64,000 nt of DNA, taken from positions 93,924 through 157,923 of IMG/VR virus record IMGVR_UViG_3300027712_001108. One strand, given 5' to 3'. The notes under the pieces were generated by a model that saw nothing but the letters and a program-made list of their open reading frames with translations, had not been told where the DNA came from and did not search any database. Made by a program: the position numbers and the translations under genes. The DNA comes from a virus. This document shows positions 18,712 through 27,989 of this stretch, one piece after another; within the stretch, counting starts at the first letter, position 1; each line of letters starts with the position of its first letter.

Positions 18712-19803
18712 ATGTCATATCTTTTTACAAGCGAAAGTGTCAGTGAAGGACACCCTGACAAAGTAGCAGATGCTATTAGCGATGCTGTGCTAGACATGGT
18801 TATGTCGCATTATGATTCAAGTATGCGATGTGCATGTGAAACACTGGTAACTACCAATCAAGTTGTGCTAGCAGGCGAATACAAAGGTATTCTCGGCACC
18901 AGTGCAGTAGATGATACTGTGCGAAGTGTTATACGCAACATCGGCTATGAGCAAACTGGATTTGACTGGCGTACCGTTAACATTCTCAATTTGATGCATG
19001 GACAAAGCGCAGACATTGCATTGGGTACAGACGACTTTGGCGCAGGTGATCAGGGGCTGATGTTTGGCTATGCTACTACCGAAACTGAAAGCTATATGCC
19101 CAGTGCTATCTATTGGAGCCACGAGATTCTACGCAAGCTAACTGCTGCTCGCAAAGACGGTACTATGCCTTGGCTAGGACCTGATGCAAAAAGCCAAGTT
19201 ACGTTTGAATACGATAACAATAACAAGCCTGTAGGCATTGCCAAAGTTGTTTGCAGTACACAGCACAATGAACACATTACCATACAGGAAGTTCGTGAAA
19301 CTGTTGAACTGCTTATTCGTTCTGTACTGCCGCAACAGTATTTGACCAACACTGAATTCTACATCAATCCCACTGGACGTTTTGTAATTGGCGGTCCTGA
19401 TGGCGATACCGGACTAACTGGACGCAAGATCATCGTGGACAGCTACGGTGGGTATGCTCCTCACGGTGGCGGTGCGTTCTCAGGCAAGGATCCTACCAAA
19501 GTTGACCGCAGTGCAGCTTATATGATGCGTTATATTGCTAAAAACATTGTAGCAAGTGGTAAGGCTGATTGGGCAACTGTGCAAGTAAGCTATGCAATCG
19601 GTCTTAAAGATCCCATGAGCTTCTATGTGGAAAGCAACGGCGACAGCAGAAATCTTACCAATTGGGTCCGAGACAACGTTGACTTAACTCCTGCAGGCAT
19701 TATAAATCGTTTCAAGTTGTTCAGTCCGATATACAGTTCAACTACCAATTATGGACATTTTGGCAAGACTGACTTGCCGTGGGAAAAGGTAGACCTATTC
19801 TAA
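18712..19803 (+). CDS. metK: S-adenosylmethionine synthetase
   Basis: FTSESVSEGHPDK, GAGDQG, GGGAFSGKDPTKVDRS, YGHFG. Confidence 0.97.
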   Translation: MSYLFTSESVSEGHPDKVADAISDAVLDMVMSHYDSSMRCACETLVTTNQVVLAGEYKGILGTSAVDDTVRSVIRNIGYEQTGFDWRTVNILNLMHGQSADIALGTDDFGAGDQGLMFGYATTETESYMPSAIYWSHEILRKLTAARKDGTMPWLGPDAKSQVTFEYDNNNKPVGIAKVVCSTQHNEHITIQEVRETVELLIRSVLPQQYLTNTEFYINPTGRFVIGGPDGDTGLTGRKIIVDSYGGYAPHGGGAFSGKDPTKVDRSAAYMMRYIAKNIVASGKADWATVQVSYAIGLKDPMSFYVESNGDSRNLTNWVRDNVDLTPAGIINRFKLFSPIYSSTTNYGHFGKTDLPWEKVDLF

Positions 19804-20828
19804 TGGAACACACTGCAACTAAGAAGCTGGGCTTTGCTTGCAAATGGTTGGATGACCCCAGTGAAGCTGGTATGAAAATCAATGCTCGTAACCGAGAAAT
19901 TAACACCAGCACAACCACTGTTACATGGCTGAATCGCCAAACTCGCGAAGTGGCTGAGCAGCGACTGTGGGATCTTATGGTCCATAATATCGCTGCTAAT
20001 AGACTGCTGGTATCAGCAGTTGCAAAGCTGCCAGAGTCTCAGCGTATGGTGCGACTGGGCAGTGATATGCTGCCTGTTTACACAGAAGCATCGTGGCGGT
20101 ATTTTTGGCAGAAAACAGACGTTAAAAGGTATGCGGAACAAGAGTTTATCAAAGTAGGAGATGTGGCTCGCGACGCTGGTGTGCGACTCAGTATGCATCC
20201 AGGGCAGTACTGTGTTCTTGCCAGTACCACAGATACTATTGTAGAGCGCAGCATTGAAGAATTTGAATACCATGCCGATATGGCACGTTGGATGGGGTAT
20301 GGACAGCAGTTCCAAGACTTTAAAATCAATGTGCATATCAGCGGCCGTCAAGGTCCTGACGGCATCAGAAAAGTTTTGCCTCGACTGTCCACAGAAGCAC
20401 GTAACTGCATTACTATTGAGAATGACGAGAACAGTTGGGGTCTTGATGCCAGTTTGGAATTGGAAAAAGATGTGCCGCTTGTACTTGATATTCATCACCA
20501 TTGGATTCGCACAGGCGAGTATATTCAAGCCAACGACGACCGAGTCAAACGTGTTGCCGACAGCTGGCGCGGTGTACGCCCTGCCATGCACTACAGCGTT
20601 AGCCGAGAAGACTATCTTGTGGGATTTGACCACACGGTGCTACCTGATATGACAACACTGCTAGCAGCAGGTTACAAGAAAGGCAAGCTGCGTGCGCACA
20701 GTGATTTCTATTGGAATACTGCTGCCAATGATTGGGCGCTTAGCTTTAACCATGACTTTGATATTATGCTAGAAAGTAAAGGAAAGAATCTTTCAAGCAC
20801 GCGGCTGTTTGAATATCTCACAGCTTAA
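19803..20828 (+). CDS. uvsE: UV-damage endonuclease (UvdE)
   Basis: GFACK, RLSMHPGQY, IENDE, LDIHHH, HYS, RAHSD, MLESK.K. Confidence 0.92.
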   Translation: MEHTATKKLGFACKWLDDPSEAGMKINARNREINTSTTTVTWLNRQTREVAEQRLWDLMVHNIAANRLLVSAVAKLPESQRMVRLGSDMLPVYTEASWRYFWQKTDVKRYAEQEFIKVGDVARDAGVRLSMHPGQYCVLASTTDTIVERSIEEFEYHADMARWMGYGQQFQDFKINVHISGRQGPDGIRKVLPRLSTEARNCITIENDENSWGLDASLELEKDVPLVLDIHHHWIRTGEYIQANDDRVKRVADSWRGVRPAMHYSVSREDYLVGFDHTVLPDMTTLLAAGYKKGKLRAHSDFYWNTAANDWALSFNHDFDIMLESKGKNLSSTRLFEYLTA

Positions 20829-20834
20829 CTAGAC

Positions 20835-21400
20835 TATACACTGTCGATAGCCTGTCCAGGCGGTTGAATTGGACTGCTCACCTTCTACGGGGAGGGATGC
20901 ACGTGGGCGACAGCACGGCTAATGCGCACTAACCCATTGATGGTGGGATGCGAAGCTTCCGGACATACCTCCGGTTCTGCAATATAAATCAAAAGCTCTG
21001 CGCACTAGGATAAAAACAACAGCAGTACGACAAGTTAAAAACTATTTTTGACACTTGGGATAGCGACGGTAATCCCACATCTATGAAATCCAGTGGTAGT
21101 GTTAGTCCGTAGGCCATTGGACGAGATGGGCAAGCATTTAGCGTAAAAGGGAGGCAATCGTAACAGCCCCTTGCTTATAGCAATATAAGTTGCAAACAGA
21201 TGGACAGGTGAAAAGACTCAGCGAAAAGCTCTACCTTTTTAGCCACATGATGACATGCTACAGTCGTCTTGTGGCTATGGATCTAGCGAAAATAAAAGAA
21301 GATATGATAATAATCCATCATCCAATAAGTATCAGAATTGGCGATTGAGTTGATGAATAGAGCCTGCGATATGAAAGCAACGACAGTCGCAGTGTGTTGA
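20835..21400 (+). ncRNA. candidate large structured ncRNA or cis-element (~560 nt, unassigned)
   Basis: No ORF >=60 aa on either strand; long-range CCTGTCCA/TGGACAGG, many hairpins, UACG and GCAA tetraloops. Confidence 0.55.
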
Positions 21401-21510
21401 AGACACACTTGGTAGGATTGAAAAATATTATGGCATTTAAGGCAAATTCAGATTAACAATCTGTACATGCGAATGTATATTGCGCATAATTGGTATATCA
21501 GGGACACAGA

Positions 21511-21753
21511 ATGTTTTGGGATCAAGAATCAAGTGGTGGCGCAATAGCATTGGGTGTGCATCCCAGTCATGTAACACAATATAGTTTAGATAGCTATTTC
21601 GAATTCTGCATACATTGTGGTAACACTGATCTTGCACCGGGAGGTTGGGATGCATGGGAAGCAGAATGTACTAAAGAACCTGAACAACATCGCGTGGCAA
21701 GACTGCTGGGTGCTACTACTGAATTCGTCAATTCAACATTGGATAATATATGA
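21511..21753 (+). CDS. hypothetical protein
   Basis: Short ORF with CxxC. Confidence 0.45.
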   Translation: MFWDQESSGGAIALGVHPSHVTQYSLDSYFEFCIHCGNTDLAPGGWDAWEAECTKEPEQHRVARLLGATTEFVNSTLDNI

Positions 21754-21856
21754 TAGATTATGGATTAATCTAGATGCCGTACCCAAGCGCAGTTGACATA
21801 CTGTAATCAGTATGTTATGTGATTACATCAATAACTGAATATAGGGGATATTCGAA

Positions 21857-22444
21857 ATGTTTAAAAATAGGTTAGTATGGATGGTACTGGTTCTTTTGCT
21901 TGTACTGTTTACAGCCAGTCAGGTGTTTGCAGGGTCATGTGATCAACTACAAGTACCAGGCATGACTGACAGTCAGTTGATTGACCTAAAGAAGAAGTGT
22001 GTTGATATGGCAGGTAACATTTCTTCTGTTGGTAATACTAGTGTAACCGACCTGTCGCAGTATGCAGAGCTAGGACAGAAATACGGCATTGCTCTTAGCG
22101 AAGTTGCCAAGAGTATTGGCGTTACTGTTAACGAACTTGCACAAACACCTGTTGGACAGTTTATGCTGGTTATGGTTGCATACAAGGTCATGGGTAACGA
22201 CTTGCTGGGTATTGTTGGCAGCTTCCTGTGGTTTACAATTATGATCCCGCTGTGGGTATACATGTTTCATCGCATGGTACTGAGCACTCGCAGTATTAAA
22301 GAAACGTTTGATAACACGGGAAAATTAGCCAGTCGTGTTGTAAATCCCACAGATTGGGGCGATGCACCTGGTGTGATTGCGATTATCATGATGTTTGTGA
22401 TGTTGTTTATCTGTATCAGCGGCTTTATTATGGCATTTGGTTGA
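21857..22444 (+). CDS. membrane protein with signal peptide
   Basis: N-terminal signal, two C-terminal TM segments; TTGACA promoter at 21793. Confidence 0.7.
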   Translation: MFKNRLVWMVLVLLLVLFTASQVFAGSCDQLQVPGMTDSQLIDLKKKCVDMAGNISSVGNTSVTDLSQYAELGQKYGIALSEVAKSIGVTVNELAQTPVGQFMLVMVAYKVMGNDLLGIVGSFLWFTIMIPLWVYMFHRMVLSTRSIKETFDNTGKLASRVVNPTDWGDAPGVIAIIMMFVMLFICISGFIMAFG

Positions 22445-22451
22445 TAGGTGT

Positions 22452-22910
22452 ATGATGAAAGAAGAACTTGAAAAACAGCTGGTTGAAAAGTATCCGTTGA
22501 TTTTCAACCAGCGTTTCGAAATTTCCTGTGGCGATGGGTGGTATCAGCTAATCGATACACTGTGCGGTACCATCCAAGGTCATGTCAACAGTGTTGAACG
22601 GCAGCGTACCTGGGCATTGGAAAAAAATGCCAAAGGTATAGATATAGATAATCCCTATGAAGTACCCGAACCTGTTGTGCAAGTGAATGTACAACAGATT
22701 AAAGAAAAGTTTGGCACTCTGCGATTCTATACTACCGGCGGTGATGCATATATTCATGGTGCCATAAACATGGCAGATACTATGAGTGAACACATTTGCG
22801 AAGAATGTGGTAATGTGGGCAAACGGCGATCTGGTACTTGGATCAGAACACTGTGCGATCAACACTTTGTTGCAACAGCACTGGGTGCAGCAGATGAATT
22901 TCTTGATTGA
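22452..22910 (+). CDS. conserved phage hypothetical protein
   Basis: CGDGW, QIKEKFGTLRFY, CEECG, WIRTLC. Confidence 0.75.
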   Translation: MMKEELEKQLVEKYPLIFNQRFEISCGDGWYQLIDTLCGTIQGHVNSVERQRTWALEKNAKGIDIDNPYEVPEPVVQVNVQQIKEKFGTLRFYTTGGDAYIHGAINMADTMSEHICEECGNVGKRRSGTWIRTLCDQHFVATALGAADEFLD

Positions 22911-22990
22911 CATCTGCTGCACCCCACACTATAAATAGACATGTGATGGGATAGACCTGTCGCGCTAACATCAATAGTAGGATTTACTAT
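22907..22990 (+). promoter_or_regulatory. dual promoter (TTGACA-17-TATAAA plus late TATAAATA) and GAUAGAC-loop leader of nadM
   Basis: -35 at 22907, TATAAATA 22930-22937, hairpins 22943-22963 and 22974-22990. Confidence 0.65.
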
Positions 22991-24044
22991 GTCATACGAA
23001 TTCGATATGGCCGTATTCATCGGTCGATTTGAGCCTTTTACTATCGCACATGCAACAGTTGTGCAAAAAGCTCTTAACAGTGCCAAAAAAGTAACAGTTG
23101 TTATTGGTTCTGCAAATACTCCCAGAAATCATCGAAACCCCTGGACATATGAAGAACGTGCTGCAATAATCAAAGCAGCCTTTCCCAATGATGCTGATCG
23201 CATTATTACTACTCCTTTGGAAGATACTATCTACAACGATGAAAAGTGGACCAAGGACGTTCAAGCTGCTGTTAATGATGCATTTACTGAAGCGTTTGGT
23301 GCATGGCATCCACTGGCCAAAGTTGCGCTGATTGGGCACGGCAAAGACAATACCAGTTTTTATCTTAGCTTGTTCCCGCAATGGGGTAGCATCAATGTTG
23401 AGAACATCGGTGGTATTTCTGCAACTGATGTACGCGATTGGTATTTTGGCAGCGACAGCGAATATTTTCAACGTATTAATAGTGCAGTGTTGCCTGCTAG
23501 CACAGATGCATTCTTGACTGAGTTTCGAAAAACACCAGACTTTGAAAACATCCGTGATGAATATGAGTTTGTTGCCAAGTACAAGCGTGCCTGGGATGCT
23601 GCGCCATTCAAGCCCACATTTGTCACAGTAGATACAGTTGTTGTGCAAAGCGGTCATGTGCTGCTAGTGCAACGTGGTGCTCGTCCTGGTAAAGGCTTGT
23701 GGGCATTGCCTGGTGGATTTCTTGAACAGGGCGAATGGATACAAGACGGTGCTATTCGTGAACTGCGTGAAGAAACCAAAATCAAAGTACCTGAGCCTGT
23801 GCTGCGCGGTAACATCAAAGCAAGTCGTGTGTTTGACGATCCCAATCGCAGCGCCCGTGGACGTACTATTACACATGCATACTTGATTCACTTGCCTCCT
23901 GCAACTGCACTGCCTAAGATCAAAGGCAGTGACGATGCAGTAAAAGCAAAATGGATGCCTATTGCAGATGTCAAACGCAGCATGATGTTTGAAGATCACT
24001 ATGATATCGTTCAAACAATGATTGACATGCTCAAACTCAAGTGA
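22989..24044 (+). CDS. nadM: bifunctional NMN adenylyltransferase / ADP-ribose Nudix hydrolase
   Basis: FIGRFEPFTIAH (HIGH-like), RNPW, ISATDVR, Nudix box GGFLEQGE....AIRELREET. Confidence 0.93.
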   Translation: MSYEFDMAVFIGRFEPFTIAHATVVQKALNSAKKVTVVIGSANTPRNHRNPWTYEERAAIIKAAFPNDADRIITTPLEDTIYNDEKWTKDVQAAVNDAFTEAFGAWHPLAKVALIGHGKDNTSFYLSLFPQWGSINVENIGGISATDVRDWYFGSDSEYFQRINSAVLPASTDAFLTEFRKTPDFENIRDEYEFVAKYKRAWDAAPFKPTFVTVDTVVVQSGHVLLVQRGARPGKGLWALPGGFLEQGEWIQDGAIRELREETKIKVPEPVLRGNIKASRVFDDPNRSARGRTITHAYLIHLPPATALPKIKGSDDAVKAKWMPIADVKRSMMFEDHYDIVQTMIDMLKLK

Positions 24045-24053
24045 GGAATCTAA

Positions 24054-24455
24054 ATGAAAATCGGTGTAACCGGTACCCGTAGTGGTATGAACGAAATACA
24101 ATTTGCAGCAGTTCAAGATTACCTGTCTCAATTTGTGCCAGCTGATACAGAATTACATCATGGCGATTGTGTGGGAGTAGATGTTGAAGTTGCAATCCTT
24201 GCACAGTTACTTGGTATGCGTACAGTCTGTCATCCACCTAGCAATGACGAATTACGTGCTAACCATGCTAGCGACGAGATCCGAGAACCTCTCAGCTACT
24301 TTGCTCGCAATCGCAACATTGTAGACGATACAGATGTGCTGATAGTTGTACCTTATCAAGATGTCCATCAAACGAACGGCGGTACATGGTATACACATGA
24401 TTACGCCAAGAAGAAGGGTAAGGCTCTGGTTGTGTTCTTTCCTGGGAGATGCTAA
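24054..24455 (+). CDS. SLOG-superfamily (YspA/DprA-like) protein
   Basis: IGVTGTR, HGDCVGVD, RNRNIV, GGTW.T. Confidence 0.7.
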   Translation: MKIGVTGTRSGMNEIQFAAVQDYLSQFVPADTELHHGDCVGVDVEVAILAQLLGMRTVCHPPSNDELRANHASDEIREPLSYFARNRNIVDDTDVLIVVPYQDVHQTNGGTWYTHDYAKKKGKALVVFFPGRC

Positions 24456-24484
24456 TGTCACAATATAATAAAGGAGATCTAAAA

Positions 24485-24793
24485 ATGGTTAAGCCAATTG
24501 CACCATCTGATGTATCTGCTTTACAAGTAGAACTGTTTCCAGATTTTGTAATAGAAACATGGAACACTGTTATTGCTAAAAAATGGTCAGGCACACAAAG
24601 TCGTATTCTGCAAGATGATATAGTGCTGAAATTAATTGCTGCATCGCCTATGTTGATTACCAGAGGTGACGTATTTGCCCGACATTGGCTTGACATTGAA
24701 GATCTGTACCGTGCCGAAGGCTGGGTAGTCGAATACGATACGCCCGCATATAGTGAAGGCTACGATGCTTACTTTGTGTTCAAAAAGAAGTAA
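24485..24793 (+). CDS. hypothetical protein
   Basis: GGAG SD; WLDIEDLYR..GW.VEYD.P. Confidence 0.65.
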   Translation: MVKPIAPSDVSALQVELFPDFVIETWNTVIAKKWSGTQSRILQDDIVLKLIAASPMLITRGDVFARHWLDIEDLYRAEGWVVEYDTPAYSEGYDAYFVFKKK

Positions 24794-24809
24794 ACCGCAC
24801 TACCAAAGT

Positions 24810-24851
24810 CCAACTGATAGACAGTTGGCATCTAACTCAAGGGAGACTTGA
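24810..24851 (+). promoter_or_regulatory. GAUAGAC-loop leader of nadV
   Basis: CCAACT-GATAGAC-AGTTGG, CTAAC, TCAAG-GGAGA-CTTGA (SD in the loop). Confidence 0.6.
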
Positions 24852-24855
24852 AAAA

Positions 24856-26238
24856 ATGACTAACTTAATTCTCAATACAGACAGCTACAAAGCCAGCCAT
24901 TGGGGCCAATACCCTGCTGGCACCGAGCGAGTATACAGCTACATTGAAAGCCGAGGCGGGCGATTTGATCGCACTGTGGTATTTGGTCCGCAGATGTTTA
25001 TCAAGAACACGCTGATGAAAGGCGTTACAGTTGATGACGTTAAAGAAGCCAAAGAGATGTGGCCTGCACATGGTGAACCTTTCAACGAAGAAGGTTGGAT
25101 GGACATTGCTGTTCGACTCAAAGGCAAGCTGCCGTTGCTGATCAAAGCAGTACCGGAAGGTACTGTATTGCCTACGCACAACGCTATGGTTACACTGGAA
25201 AACACTGACCACAAGCATTTTTGGTTGACCAGCTACATCGAAACTGCACTGCTTCGTGCTGTTTGGTACCCGACCACTGTTGCTACGCTCAGCTGGCACA
25301 TCAAGCAGATGATCAAAGCTGCAATCGATAAGACCAGCGATGTGCCTGAGCAGATTGCATTCAAGCTGCACGACTTTGGTGCTAGAGGTGTAAGCAGCGA
25401 AGAGACTGCCGGCATTGGCGGCGCTGCACACCTTGTGAACTTTATGGGTACTGATACCATGAGTGGTGTTGTTGCTGCCAAGCGTTATTACAACGAGCCA
25501 ATGGCAGGCTTTAGTATTCCTGCTGCTGAACACAGCACTATGACCAGCTGGGGTCGTGATCACGAAGCAGACGCATATTCTAACATGATTGACCGTTACG
25601 GCAAGCCGGGTGCTGTGTTTGCCGTAGTCAGCGACAGCTATGACTTTTGGCATGCAGTAAGTAGCATCTGGGGAGAACAACTACGCCAGCGTGTGATAGA
25701 CAGTGGTGCTACACTAGTTGTGCGTCCCGACAGCGGTGATCCTACCACTGTGCCAGTTAAAGCAATTGAACTACTGGCAGAGAAGTTTGGCTACACTGTG
25801 AACAGCAAAGGCTACAAGGTACTGCCTAACTGTGTGCGAGTGATCCAAGGTGACGGCATCACAATCGAAAGCATCGTTACACTGCTTGCCAACTTGGAAA
25901 CTGCTGGATTTGCCATCGACAACCTTGCGTTTGGTATGGGCGGCGGACTTGGACAGATGGTCAACCGCGACACGCAGAAGTTTGCCATGAAAGCCAGTGC
26001 TGCTATGGTTAACGGCGAATGGCGCGATGTTTACAAAGATCCTGTCACTGACCACGGCAAGCAAAGCAAGCGTGGACGACTGGCACTGATCCGTGAAAAC
26101 GGCAAGTGGGAGACTGTTGGCGAAAGCGGCTGGGCGTGGGCCAATTACCTAGAACCTGTATTCCGCGATGGTGAACTGCTGCGTGACCAGACATTTGCAG
26201 ACGTTCGTGCGCACAGCAACCGTACTGCATTGGACTAA
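24856..26238 (+). CDS. nadV: nicotinamide phosphoribosyltransferase
   Basis: LNTDSYKASH, LHDFGARG, SIPAAEHS, VSDSYD, RPDSGDP, IQGDG, KSKRG-like motif. Confidence 0.95.
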   Translation: MTNLILNTDSYKASHWGQYPAGTERVYSYIESRGGRFDRTVVFGPQMFIKNTLMKGVTVDDVKEAKEMWPAHGEPFNEEGWMDIAVRLKGKLPLLIKAVPEGTVLPTHNAMVTLENTDHKHFWLTSYIETALLRAVWYPTTVATLSWHIKQMIKAAIDKTSDVPEQIAFKLHDFGARGVSSEETAGIGGAAHLVNFMGTDTMSGVVAAKRYYNEPMAGFSIPAAEHSTMTSWGRDHEADAYSNMIDRYGKPGAVFAVVSDSYDFWHAVSSIWGEQLRQRVIDSGATLVVRPDSGDPTTVPVKAIELLAEKFGYTVNSKGYKVLPNCVRVIQGDGITIESIVTLLANLETAGFAIDNLAFGMGGGLGQMVNRDTQKFAMKASAAMVNGEWRDVYKDPVTDHGKQSKRGRLALIRENGKWETVGESGWAWANYLEPVFRDGELLRDQTFADVRAHSNRTALD

Positions 26239-26259
26239 CCGGTTATTTAATATAAAAGA

Positions 26260-26284
26260 TAAAAGCGGGCAATGCTCGCTTTTA
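26260..26284. terminator. bidirectional terminator
   Basis: TAAAAGCGGGC-AAT-GCTCGCTTTTA between convergent genes. Confidence 0.7.
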
Positions 26285-26854
26285 TACAACTAACGGATCT
26301 GTAATCACAGGTGTACCATCTGCACGTTGCATGATATTTTCGTCATGCAAATCTAAATAAAACTTACCATGTATGTTAGGTAAGTCTGCTAACACTCTAG
26401 CAACATCAGGCCAACGTGTTGCTATCTTATCTACAAATTCTTGGTATTCAGATAATCGTAAGCTTATTGGCGGATCAGTGAGTTCGTTTGGTAAATCACC
26501 ACTTAGCCTGTCCAATGGTTCTATACGTATAGCATATGTGGTTTTGTTGATACGAATAGGTCTGCCTTTTATTTTAGGCACTGCTGATAAATTTTGATGA
26601 TGTATTGCATAATTCAAATATGCCAGATATGCAGGATCATTGTTAAAAACTTTGAATACCCATGGATAGCCAGGTCGCTCGAATACTGTGCCAAATCCGC
26701 CGCTGCCTAATTCTTCAAACCCCAATTCTTCCAGTTCGAATTTGAACTTTTCCCATGCATTAGTTGGATCTACTCTATCACCGATTTCTTTGGCAGCAAT
26801 GCCCGCGGGCGACTGTTTGATAACCTGTGCACCTTTTAATTCTGCTATAAGCAT
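26282..26854 (-). CDS. protein kinase-like protein
   Basis: LGSGGFGTVF Gly-loop, VFKV Lys, DLHDENIM catalytic loop, ITDP. Confidence 0.8.
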   Translation of the reverse strand: MLIAELKGAQVIKQSPAGIAAKEIGDRVDPTNAWEKFKFELEELGFEELGSGGFGTVFERPGYPWVFKVFNNDPAYLAYLNYAIHHQNLSAVPKIKGRPIRINKTTYAIRIEPLDRLSGDLPNELTDPPISLRLSEYQEFVDKIATRWPDVARVLADLPNIHGKFYLDLHDENIMQRADGTPVITDPLVV

Positions 26855-27477
26855 CAGTCTTCTGGGCCTAATCCAGATTTACGCAGCATGTCTTTAAGTC
26901 CGGCAACATGATCAGCAGCAGATTTCTTTTCTTCGCCTTTTACTTTGTAACGGTCGTTGCCTATAGTAGCCAATGTACCGCCTATAAACTGTTTGATGAT
27001 GTGTTGTGCAAAAGCAACTGCACTGGATATAGGCATTCCTGATTTACGTGCAATAGCAGACGCAAGTTCTACTAGTGTAAATTCACCTAATTCACGTATG
27101 GTTTTCAATGCAATAGATGTAAGACGTACTTGATCTCCCATGGCATCTTGAACACCTTGTGGTACTGCTGCGCCTGCATCATTGTCTTTCTCTGACCAGC
27201 CATACCTTTTATCGCCCAGTCGTTCTATACAGCAACCAAACTTACCTACAACTGCTCGTAATAAATCGGCAACTGGATGGTCGTCATCTGGGTGTAACAT
27301 TCGTATTCTATCAGCCCATTCCTTAACACTGATACCTTCGTCACCTGCATCTTTAACAGCTTCCAATGCATCCAGTATGCGAGTTTGCATAGCAGGTGCA
27401 TGCTTTTTAAGTTCACGTTCTATTTGAAAGTTAATAGACGGTCTGTCAGATATTGATTCTCTTAGTTTTCTTTTCAT
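26854..27477 (-). CDS. hypothetical late protein
   Basis: ATAAATA on the minus strand at 27502-27508; N-terminus MKRKLRE. Confidence 0.7.
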   Translation of the reverse strand: MKRKLRESISDRPSINFQIERELKKHAPAMQTRILDALEAVKDAGDEGISVKEWADRIRMLHPDDDHPVADLLRAVVGKFGCCIERLGDKRYGWSEKDNDAGAAVPQGVQDAMGDQVRLTSIALKTIRELGEFTLVELASAIARKSGMPISSAVAFAQHIIKQFIGGTLATIGNDRYKVKGEEKKSAADHVAGLKDMLRKSGLGPED

Positions 27478-27581
27478 AGCATGCAGCCTTATATGGTCTA
27501 TTATTTATTGGAATTTTACCACTTGACAACAGTCAACTAACTGCTATATTACACACATACAAACACACACAGGAGAACTAG

Positions 27582-27977
27582 ATGAGTGTTACTAAAGGTG
27601 TACTTTATGTTGGAGGCGGACTGCTTGCAGTAGCAGTGTTGTTTGGTGTTGCCACACCCATTCTCAGCGTGCTAACTGCACCTGGGCGTGTGCTTACTGA
27701 AACCATGGGCACCACGAACATTATCAACAACTATGAAATGTTCTTTGATCTCAATGCAGGCTATCAACGTCGCATGGGCGACATTGCTGGTCATAAAGAT
27801 GCAGTTGCCACTGCCGCTGGCAATGAAAAGAATCGCTTGACAGTTGAACTGTTGGGTATGAAGAACACTTGCCGTGACTTGGTTACTCGCTACAATGCAG
27901 AAAGCGCCAAACAGAATCGTGCGCTGTTTAAAGCAGCCAATCTGCCTGGCGAACTTGACATCAACACTTGCAACTGA
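27582..27977 (+). CDS. membrane-anchored hypothetical protein
   Basis: N-terminal TM; TTGACA...GCTATATT promoter at 27523; AGGAG SD. Confidence 0.75.
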   Translation: MSVTKGVLYVGGGLLAVAVLFGVATPILSVLTAPGRVLTETMGTTNIINNYEMFFDLNAGYQRRMGDIAGHKDAVATAAGNEKNRLTVELLGMKNTCRDLVTRYNAESAKQNRALFKAANLPGELDINTCN

Positions 27978-27989
27978 TAGGATAATAAA

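Noticed and set aside
20835-21400. RNase P, tmRNA or group II intron identity
   Set aside because: Missing GAGGAAAGUCC/ACAGAA, tRNA-like ends with tag ORF, and domain V signatures.
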